A stretch of 32,000 nucleotides of DNA from an uncultured bacterium (GTDB taxonomy: Bacteria; Margulisbacteria; WOR-1; CAVSGV01): positions 30,001 to 62,000 of the forward strand of contig OY969425.1 of assembly GCA_963699255.1 (NCBI GenBank). The letters are read 5' to 3'. The notes below the pieces were generated by a model. That model did no database searches and was not told the DNA's origin. It saw only the letters and a list, made by a program, of their open reading frames with translations. Of this stretch, positions 22,260-30,140 are shown one piece after another. How positions within the stretch are numbered: the stretch's first letter is position 1; the number at the start of each line of letters is the position of its first letter. Made by a program: the position numbers and the translations under genes.

Positions 22260-22492
22260 CAGCCATGATACTAAAAGTTTGTCAACATTTTAATGGTTTT
22301 TCCCGTCCAATCTGTGGGGCTTCCGCTATTCTTTCATGTGATCGAACATCTCGAACGCGCGATATTTACATGTACATATATATACATAACAGACTTGATA
22401 TCAGGATCGCGGGCTCTGGAAGCGCGAAAAGAATTTGATGGAAAATCGTCCGCCGGAGGCGGGCGGTACCTTACCGGTAATTTTGGTGAAAA

Positions 22493-22521
22493 GTGAAATT
22501 TATCCAGCGATCGGTCGATAA
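22493..22521 (+). promoter_or_regulatory. Sigma28-like promoter candidate P3 (distal) upstream of the barrel-SLH gene
   Basis: GTGAAATTTA-N11-GTCGATAA. Confidence 0.5.
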
Positions 22522-22572
22522 TAATAAGAGAGGAACTGACAGGATTGATCGGTCAGGGAAATTAAAGAAGAA

Positions 22573-22601
22573 GTGAAATTTAAAGTGGATTTTAACGATA
22601 T
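22573..22601 (+). promoter_or_regulatory. Sigma28-like promoter candidate P4 (proximal) upstream of the barrel-SLH gene
   Basis: GTGAAATTTA-N11-AACGATAT, exactly 80 nt downstream of P3. Confidence 0.4.
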
Positions 22602-22663
22602 ATATATAGAGGGAAAGGATATAAGAGGATCAATATATCAGGCGATCAGGGGGAGAAATTCAA

Positions 22664-25252
22664 ATGCTTGGTAAAAGAAAATATTGTTTAATATTCGCGC
22701 TGTGCCTCGCGGCATGCCTCATGAGCTTTACCCCGGCTTTTTCCCTTACAGCCGACCCGATGGATCTCTCGGTGGGAGCAAGGTCAATGGGAATGGGCAA
22801 CGCCTATGTCGCTCTCGGGGAGGATGCGGAGACCGTATTTGTTAACCCTGCGGGACTCGGGACCATATCCTCGCTAAAGCTCGGGAGCATGTACACGAGC
22901 CTTCTTGATGATGTGAATTATACGGTGATATCCGGCGTATACCCGATGGACAGTAATTCAGGCACGATAGGAGCCGGCATCATAAACCAGTCCGTATCCA
23001 GCATTCCTCTTTACAGCACCGAAGGGACGCCCGAAGGCAACGGCACGTACGGGGACAATGTCTTTTTTATCTCTCACGGATTCGACCTGAGCAAAAAAGG
23101 GATTGCTGCAAATAACCTCTACGGTGGATATACATTAAAATATTTCATGAAGAGCGCGAGCGGCCAGGATACCTCGGACATGACAGGCACCGGTTTTGCC
23201 GCGGATCTCGGGCTGTTATATAAACCAACAGGATCCATATCATATGGCTTGACCCTGCAGAACATACTTGCGGGCACAATGAACTATGCCAACGGGGATG
23301 AAGATGACATCGACTCCGCCATGAAGATCGGCACCAATATAAATCTCCTCGGCGACGCGCAGGGCGGAGACGCTATTTATCAGAACGATTCAAAGGTGAA
23401 TATGGCCCTTGAATATGACATAGGCCTCAGAGGGAAAGTCCCGGCCACGGCACACGTGGGATTTGAATATAAACCCCAGCTGGGCGTTAACTTTATAGAT
23501 AAGATATTAACTCTCAGGGCAGGCTTGAACCAGATCTCCAGCCCGACAGGTAACATAAGCGATGCCACAATCGGCGTTGGCATAAATGTCCAGGGCGTGG
23601 AATTCAACTATGCCTACAGCCCGATGTACGAAGACATTCCGGGAACATCGACCCAGTACTTCTCTCTGTCATATGTGGGCGTGCCTGCGCCGGTTAAACC
23701 GATAGAAGAAATGAAGCCTCTGATCTCGCAGGCGCCTATGCCCATGATCTCCATGGTAACGCCCGATGACAAACTCGTAACGAGCGCGTCAACGATCCTT
23801 GTCCAGGGCAGGGTATCGGTCCCCGCGAAGCTGGCAAAGCTGGAGATCAATAATGCGGGAGTGAACGTTTCCGATATAGGCGCGTTCGAGATGAACGTTC
23901 CGCTTTCTTCGACAGGCAAGCACCTGATAGTCGTCCGCGCGACGGATACAGCGGGAAAGACCGAGGAGCGCCAGATAAGAGTGGTAAGAATGTCGCAATT
24001 CACGGATGTTCCAAATAATCACTGGGCGGTAACCCCGATACAACAGCTTGCCACGGCAGGCCTGATAGAAGGGTATCCGACCGGGGCATTCCAGCCGGAA
24101 AGGGCGCTGTCCAGAGCGGAGCTTGCCACTCTTCTTGTGAAGAGCAAGGGCATAGAATCAGCTCAAGCTACTGGAAGGATATTTAAAGATGTGCCTCCTT
24201 CCCACTGGGCGGCAAAATATGTGAAAGACGCGGTCGCAATGGGGCTTGTTACGGGGTACCCGGACAGGACATTCAAGCCGAACAATAAGATAAGCAGAAT
24301 GGAAGGCGTGGCGGTCCTCGCAAGGTTCGGCGAACTTCAGCAGGCCGGGCTTACAGCGAACCCGTATCCGGATGTGTCTGCCAGGTCCTGGGCGTCTCCT
24401 TTCATAGCCGCCGCAAAGACAGCCGGATTGCTTGATTATATCGGCAACAATAACTTTGAGCCCAGGAGAACTCTTACAAGGGCTGAGGCAGCTGAGATGC
24501 TCGCAAAGACCACTTATGTCAAGGCAAAACTGGACAATCTTATGGACTGGACGGTCGGCTTTGCGCCTGAAACCGGAAAAGCGGTCGTGGCCGCAGCACC
24601 CGCTACGGTTACGGGACAAACCGCCAATGTAGTTGGATTGCCCGTGCCCGGCATGGGGACAATGGTAACGCCGGGAACCGAGTTTTCCGATATACCGGAT
24701 GATTTCTGGGCAAGTAACTCGGTCAAGTACATTGCCGCTGCAGGCGTCATGAAAGGGTATCCTGACGGTACATTCAAGCCGAATAAGATCGTGAGCAGGG
24801 CGGATCTCGCTTCAATACTCGTAAAAGCAAGAAGGATCCCGGTCAATAAAGTTGCCGTGACGCAGTATTCGGATGTTTCAAGGCAGAACGTGGCGGCGCC
24901 GTACATAAAGGCCGCGGTCGTTTCCGGATATTTAACGGGAAGAAAAGGCAGCAAGTTCGAGCCGAACAAAGGGGCGTCAAGGGCCGAAGCCGTCGCCGCG
25001 CTGGTAAAGTTCGACAAAATGGAAGTGCCGACAGGACTTCGCGAGGGGCCATTCTCGGACATGAAAGCTAAAGACTGGTCATCAAAGTACGTCGCCGCAG
25101 CGAAAGATGCCGGAATGCTGGAGTTCCTGCAAGGGGATAACTTTGAAGCGAACAAGCCCATAACCAGGGCGGAGCTTGCGGAGATGATCGCAAAGACAAG
25201 TTTCGGACAGGCGAAGATAGATCAAGTGAAATCTGCCGGCATATCTCAATAA
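22664..25252 (+). CDS. PorV/UPF0164-like outer-membrane barrel + Ig-like domain + six C-terminal SLH domains (862 aa)
   Basis: Signal peptide MLGKRKYCLIFALCLAACLMSFTPAFS; barrel start 'DPMDLSVGARSMGMGNAYVALGEDAETVFVNPAGLG'; six SLH motifs (FTDVPNNHWA..., FKDVPPSHWAAKYV..., YPDVSARSWASPFI..., FSDIPDDFWASNSV..., YSDVSRQNVAAPYI..., FSDMKAKDWSSKYV...). Confidence 0.85.
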   Translation: MLGKRKYCLIFALCLAACLMSFTPAFSLTADPMDLSVGARSMGMGNAYVALGEDAETVFVNPAGLGTISSLKLGSMYTSLLDDVNYTVISGVYPMDSNSGTIGAGIINQSVSSIPLYSTEGTPEGNGTYGDNVFFISHGFDLSKKGIAANNLYGGYTLKYFMKSASGQDTSDMTGTGFAADLGLLYKPTGSISYGLTLQNILAGTMNYANGDEDDIDSAMKIGTNINLLGDAQGGDAIYQNDSKVNMALEYDIGLRGKVPATAHVGFEYKPQLGVNFIDKILTLRAGLNQISSPTGNISDATIGVGINVQGVEFNYAYSPMYEDIPGTSTQYFSLSYVGVPAPVKPIEEMKPLISQAPMPMISMVTPDDKLVTSASTILVQGRVSVPAKLAKLEINNAGVNVSDIGAFEMNVPLSSTGKHLIVVRATDTAGKTEERQIRVVRMSQFTDVPNNHWAVTPIQQLATAGLIEGYPTGAFQPERALSRAELATLLVKSKGIESAQATGRIFKDVPPSHWAAKYVKDAVAMGLVTGYPDRTFKPNNKISRMEGVAVLARFGELQQAGLTANPYPDVSARSWASPFIAAAKTAGLLDYIGNNNFEPRRTLTRAEAAEMLAKTTYVKAKLDNLMDWTVGFAPETGKAVVAAAPATVTGQTANVVGLPVPGMGTMVTPGTEFSDIPDDFWASNSVKYIAAAGVMKGYPDGTFKPNKIVSRADLASILVKARRIPVNKVAVTQYSDVSRQNVAAPYIKAAVVSGYLTGRKGSKFEPNKGASRAEAVAALVKFDKMEVPTGLREGPFSDMKAKDWSSKYVAAAKDAGMLEFLQGDNFEANKPITRAELAEMIAKTSFGQAKIDQVKSAGISQ

Positions 25253-25320
25253 AAGAATAAGCCCTAAATCCTAAGCACTAAACCCTAAACAATCCCAAGA
25301 TCAGAAGATCGAAATTCCGC

Positions 25321-25354
25321 TTGACAAAATATACCCAATACCTGTATGGTGTAT
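25321..25354 (+). promoter_or_regulatory. Sigma70-like promoter with overlapping imperfect palindromic operator upstream of the CsoR-family gene
   Basis: TTGACA (25321-25326), 18-nt spacer, TATGGT (25345-25350). Inverted repeat ATACCCAATAC-CT-GTATGGTGTAT (25331-25354), with 9/11 arm positions complementary, covers the -10. Confidence 0.6.
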
Positions 25355-25368
25355 CATAGCGTATAAAT

Positions 25369-25629
25369 ATGGCTAATACAGGCAGGGAAGAAATAATAAA
25401 TCGGCTTAACCGCATAAAAGGGCAGGTGGAGGGGATACTGCGCATGGTGGACCGTCCGAAGCCCGCGGTAGAGATATTCCATCAGATCACGGCGGCCAGG
25501 AAGGCCCTTGATTCAACGGGGAGACTGCTGCTGGAGAATTATATCCAGGAAAATTTAAGCGGTGTATCAAGGTCAAAAGGGGATAGCGATAAGATCAGGG
25601 AAATACTCGAAATAATGGAGAAGTTCTAA
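25369..25629 (+). CDS. CsoR/RcnR/FrmR-family (DUF156) transcriptional repressor, divergent ligand positions
   Basis: Family signature 'RLNRIKGQVEGILRMVD...EIFHQITAARKALDSTGRLLLENYIQENL'; 86 aa. Confidence 0.85.
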   Translation: MANTGREEIINRLNRIKGQVEGILRMVDRPKPAVEIFHQITAARKALDSTGRLLLENYIQENLSGVSRSKGDSDKIREILEIMEKF

Positions 25630-25640
25630 TGGGGCAATTA

Positions 25641-25740
25641 AAAATGAACAATTTCTCAATTAACAACAAGGTGTCGCTTTCGCGACATAATATATTATTC
25701 TTTGTTGTTCATTGTGTCATTGTTAATTGTTCATTGTCCA
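25641..25740. repeat. AT-rich imperfect inverted-repeat element with central TGTCGC-tttc-GCGACA hairpin
   Basis: AATGAACAAT (25643-25652) pairs with ATTGTTCATT (25726-25735); perfect 6-bp core stem at 25672-25687; additional aattaacaacaa/ttgttgttcatt complementarity. Confidence 0.6.
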
Positions 25741-25783
25741 TTTAAATTGAAGGGGGTGTATGTGTATGGTAGAATGTAACAAA

Positions 25784-27903
25784 ATGAAGAGATTTGAAAG
25801 GGTGGGCATTGTAGGTCTGGCGCTGTTCCTGTCCCTCGCAAGCCTGCCGGCCGGCAGGCGGGGGGAGGCTTTTGCGTTCTCATCCCCTCCATCAAAAGAA
25901 AAGTCGGAAGCGCCAAAAGTGGTGAGCAGGTTCAGTGCGCCTCCTGCCGAAACAGATTGGCCCACCTTCCACGGGGATGTGGACAGGAACGGCATATCTC
26001 TTGCTAAATACATCAAGCCGCCGCTTTCTGTTAAGTGGGGATACTCCACCGGCGGGAACATATGGTCTTCTCCAGCCGTGGTCGCGGACACGCTCTTTGT
26101 CGGGTCGTCTGACGGCAAGCTGTACAGCCTGGACGTCGGGGACGGCAATATGCGCTGGGCGTTCAAGACGGGAGGCGCGGTATTCTCTTCTCCGGCAGTC
26201 GACAAAGGGAACGTATATTTCGGTTCGTCGGATCACATGTTTTACGCCCTGGATGCCGATACAGGGGACCTGAAATGGTTTTTTGAGACCGGCGACCAGA
26301 TAACATCATCACCCGCGGCCTATGAAGGCAGGATTTATTTCGGTTCGTGGGACGGCTCCATGTATGCCTTAACGGATAGCGGAGGACTGAAGTGGAAATT
26401 CCAGACTGACGGCGCCATATATTCATCTCCCGCTCTGGCTTACAAGAAGGTCTTTTTCGGCTCATCTGACGGCAAGGTGTACGCGCTGGACAGGGAAAAA
26501 GGAACCCTGTCTGGACGTTCCAGACAGACGACAACATTTCCGCGACCCCGTCCATCTCGGGGAAGGTCATTTATATCGGGTCATGGGACGGCAGCATGTA
26601 CGCTCTGGGCAGCGAGGACGGGAAGCTGTTATGGAAATTCAGGACCGGGGGAGGGGTTTATTCTTCGCCGGCGATATTGGACGATACGATCATTTTTGGT
26701 TCGTATGACGGCAAGCTATACTGCCTTGACAAACAAACGGGCGCGCTAAGGTGGTTTTATGCCTCAAAAGATTCCGTTTACCATTCATCGCCGGTCGTTG
26801 CCAACGGCGTTGTGTATGTGGGGCTTGGCTACAAGAACAAGGTACAGGCATTTAACGCAAGGACCGGAGAATATTTGTGGAGCTATCCGACAGGAGCGTC
26901 CGTAGGGGCCACTCCGGCTATTTCCGAAACCAACATGTACATAGCCGCGTCGGACGGCAAAATATACGCCTTCGGGGACATTGTGCCTCCGGATGCAAAA
27001 GTTAATCCGCTTAAGATGGCGCACAATCGATATGATTTTGTTGTCAGCTGGTCGGGGGAGGACAAGGGGGGATCCGGTATAAGGTCCTACGATGTCCAGT
27101 TCAGGTCGGGAGCCGGAGAGCCGTGGCAGAACTGGCTTACGAACGTGGCGACCACGTTCGCCGTTTTCGGCCCAAATGATCCTGTAGATGTCAGGGATAA
27201 TACCGTTTATTATTTCCAGGCGCGGGCCCACGATCATGCGGGGAATGTCGGCGCTTACGCCGGCGGCGACGGGGACACTTACACGATCATCGATCTGACC
27301 CCGCCGAGGATCGCGAAAGTAAGCATAAATAATGTTCAGGTGCAGTCCGGAAGTTTCATAAGCGCCAAACCGCTCATCCAGGCTTCCATAAGCGACAATG
27401 TTTCCGTGGATCCGGAGAGCCTGAAAGTCTATATCGATAATGCCGAATTCATCCCGAACAGCTTCATAGGAGGGATCATGAAGTACCAGCACAAGATCCC
27501 GCTTACGCCCGGGAAGCACAATATAAAGGTCGTCGCGGAGGACACTTCCGGCAATTGGGCTGATACGTGGGAGGTAAAGAGCGTGAGGGTTTCTGAAGGG
27601 ATAGAGGCGGCGGATATCTCGGCTTATCCTACGCCGTTCAATCCTCTGGCCGGCCCTATATATATTTCTTACAGGCTTAACGCCAGCGCGGAAACCAACA
27701 TATACATTTATGAGAGATCCGGCTCCCTGATTTTTTCGATGAAATTCAGCGAGGGGGCGAACGGAGGAAAGCGCGGCTGGAACAAAATAGCATGGAACGG
27801 CGTATCGGCATCCGACAGCATCGCGGGGAACGGGGAATATTCCTATAAGATAGTCGCCAACAGGAATCTGGTCGGAAAAGGTCAGATAATAATACAAAAA
27901 TAA
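25784..27903 (+). CDS. Secreted PQQ-type beta-propeller protein with Ig-like region and C-terminal FlgD-Ig/type-IX-like tail (~706 aa if restored); single-base frame disruption near 26509
   Basis: Signal-like MKRFERVGIVGLALFLSLASLPAG; repeated 'VYFGSSDGKLYALD..G...W.F.TGG.V.SSPA' blades. ORFs 25760..26749 and 26596..27903 join as EKGTL(V)WTFQTDDNISATPSISGKVIYIGSWDGSMYALGSEDG if one base is inserted near 26509. Tail AYPTPFNPLAGPIYISY...NLVGKGQIIIQK. Confidence 0.85.
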
Positions 27904-27907
27904 CACG

Positions 27908-29185
27908 ATGAAATTCAGCGAAAGCTTTATCAGCAGGATCGCCCGCCTTGAGAGGGTCTCCGAAAAGAAAATATTGAGCGGGCTCAGCTCCGGAGAGATC
28001 GCCATCCCGTATAACAAGGTCCATTCTCCTCTTCATCCCGTGGCGATCGGCGCGGGACTGCGGACAAAGGTAAACGCGAATATCGGGACCTCACAGGAAT
28101 TCTGCGACCTCTCGCTTGAACTTGAAAAGGTGGAAGTGTGCCTGAAGAACAAGGCCGACGCGATAATGGACCTGTCCATCGGAGGCGACATGGACGAGAT
28201 AAGACAGGCGGTGATCAACGCTTCCACCGTTCCCGTGGGCACGGTCCCCATTTATCAGGCGGCGATAGAATCGGGTTCAATAGAGAAAATGACGGCGGAC
28301 ATAATGTTCAGGGTCATCGAGAAGCACGCCCGGTCGGGGGTCGATTTCATGACGGTCCACTGCGGCGTGACAAGGTCCCTCATAAAAAGGACAAAAGGCA
28401 AAAAGCGCATCATGGACATAGTAAGCCGCGGAGGCGCATTTTTGTATAAATGGATCGTTTCGAGAGATATGGAGAATCCCCTGTATGAACAGTACGACAG
28501 GCTGCTTGAGATAGCGGAAAAATACGGAGTGACGCTCAGCCTCGGAGACGGAATGAGGCCGGGGTGCATAGCCGATGCCGGCGATATGCTTCAGCTTGGG
28601 GAGCTGAAGGTGCTGGGGCAGCTGGCCCAGAGGGCCCGCAGGGCTGGCGTACAGGTCATCATTGAAGGGCCGGGGCATGTTCCTATCGATAAGATAGAGG
28701 AGCAGATCAGGCTGGAGAAAAAGATATGCAGGAAGGCGCCTTTCTATGTGCTCGGGCCGCTTCCCACGGATGTCGCGCCGGGCTATGACCATTTGACCTC
28801 CGCCATAGGAGGGGCGATCGCGGCCGCCGCGGGAGCGGATTTCCTGTGCTACGTGACGCCGTCCGAGCACCTGGGGCTCCCGAATTTATCGGATGTGAAG
28901 AACGGGATCGTCGCGGCCAGGATCGCCGCGCACATAGGGGATATAGCGAAGGGCGTTAACGGAGCCAGGGAGTGGGACCTGGAAATGTCCAAAGCAAGAA
29001 AAGCGCTTGATTGGGATAAACAAATCGACCTTGCTGTCGATCCAGTCACCGCGGCGGAGATAAGGGAGACAAGGTCCGCTGCTAAAAAAACGGATACCTG
29101 CACCATGTGCGGGGAATTTTGCGCGATGAAAGTGATGTCGGAAGCAAAGCCTGCCTTGCCGTCAGGCAGGAAGCGCAAAAAATGA
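27908..29185 (+). CDS. thiC: Phosphomethylpyrimidine synthase (ThiC family, radical SAM)
   Basis: Motifs NANIGTS, MDLSIGGD, TVHCGV, SRGG, EGPGHVP, LGPLPTDVAPGYDH and C-terminal CTMCGEFCAMK (CxxCxxxxC). Confidence 0.92.
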   Translation: MKFSESFISRIARLERVSEKKILSGLSSGEIAIPYNKVHSPLHPVAIGAGLRTKVNANIGTSQEFCDLSLELEKVEVCLKNKADAIMDLSIGGDMDEIRQAVINASTVPVGTVPIYQAAIESGSIEKMTADIMFRVIEKHARSGVDFMTVHCGVTRSLIKRTKGKKRIMDIVSRGGAFLYKWIVSRDMENPLYEQYDRLLEIAEKYGVTLSLGDGMRPGCIADAGDMLQLGELKVLGQLAQRARRAGVQVIIEGPGHVPIDKIEEQIRLEKKICRKAPFYVLGPLPTDVAPGYDHLTSAIGGAIAAAAGADFLCYVTPSEHLGLPNLSDVKNGIVAARIAAHIGDIAKGVNGAREWDLEMSKARKALDWDKQIDLAVDPVTAAEIRETRSAAKKTDTCTMCGEFCAMKVMSEAKPALPSGRKRKK

Positions 29186-30117
29186 AGATATCCAAAGTCG
29201 GGCAGTTCGGGCTGATCGATATCATAAAAAGAAAGAATCCTTCAAGAGCGAAGGATGTTGTTGCCTCTATCGGCGACGATGCAGCCGTAATAAAAAACAA
29301 CGCAAAAGATAAATATATATTATTGACCACGGATACGCTGGTCGAGAAGACACATTTCAATTTAAAATATTTCACGTTTTTCGAATTAGGATGGAAACTT
29401 CTCGCGGTGAACCTTTCGGATATCGCCGCTATGGGAGGCGTCCCGAAGTATGCTCTCGTGACGCTGGGACTGAAGAAGGATCTAAGCGTTGCGGATATCA
29501 ATGGCTTTTATGCGGGGATCAGGGCCCTTGCCGGAAAGCATCATGTTGAAATAGTCGGCGGGGACATCGTAAGTTCGCCGCGGAATTTATTTTTTACTCT
29601 GGACCTTTTTGGCACGGCGGAAAAAGTCATCAAGAGGAGCGGGGCAAGGCCCGGTGATGCGGTTGTTTCGATCGGGAGTATTGGCGGATCCGCTGCGGGG
29701 CTTGCATCTTTGAGAAAATACGGCAGGAAAGCTTTGAATATTGATAGATCGAATGCGAAAGCCCATCTTATGCCGTATCCCATGATCAAAGAAGGCCGCC
29801 TCGCGTCCAGATACGCGACTTCGATGATAGATAACAGCGACGGGCTCGCGAGATGCCTCATTGAAATATGCGGATCAGGCAAAGTCGGCGCGAAAATATA
29901 CTTAAAGAGCGTCCCGGTCGCCAAAGGGGCCACACTTAAGGATGCGTTCGACGGCGGGGAAGATTACAACTTGATCTTAACCGTCCCGAAAAATAAAGTT
30001 AAGCTGGTCAAAAAAGGCGTAATGATCGGAGAGGTTACGAGGGCAAGGAAGATCGTTCTAGTCGACGGCAAAGGCCGGGAGTCTCTCATGAAAGCAAAGG
30101 GGTACGAGCACTTTTGA
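29182..30117 (+). CDS. thiL: Thiamine-monophosphate kinase
   Basis: SIGDDAAV, TTDTLVEKTHF, NLSDIAAMGGVP, VGGDIV and DGGEDYNL motifs; the start at 29182 overlaps the thiC stop (ATGA) and is preferred over 29107. Confidence 0.9.
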   Translation: MKISKVGQFGLIDIIKRKNPSRAKDVVASIGDDAAVIKNNAKDKYILLTTDTLVEKTHFNLKYFTFFELGWKLLAVNLSDIAAMGGVPKYALVTLGLKKDLSVADINGFYAGIRALAGKHHVEIVGGDIVSSPRNLFFTLDLFGTAEKVIKRSGARPGDAVVSIGSIGGSAAGLASLRKYGRKALNIDRSNAKAHLMPYPMIKEGRLASRYATSMIDNSDGLARCLIEICGSGKVGAKIYLKSVPVAKGATLKDAFDGGEDYNLILTVPKNKVKLVKKGVMIGEVTRARKIVLVDGKGRESLMKAKGYEHF

Positions 30118-30140
30118 AGGGGTGAGGTCGGAGGGTAATT

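Noticed and set aside
22337-22366. A fifth sigma28-like box near 'CGCGATAT'
   Set aside because: The segment at the corresponding -35 position (TGTGATCGAA) matches GTGAAATTTA poorly.
22293-22496. 67-aa ORF in the 484-nt intergenic region
   Set aside because: No RBS, low-complexity N-terminus, overlaps the promoter-like element at 22493. Treated as noncoding.
26785-28017. 410-aa minus-strand ORF across the PQQ gene and thiC start
   Set aside because: Antisense to two strongly supported genes; composition is Arg/Pro-rich noise from high-GC wobble positions.
28277-28870. Minus-strand ORF inside thiC
   Set aside because: Antisense shadow ORF of a conserved gene.
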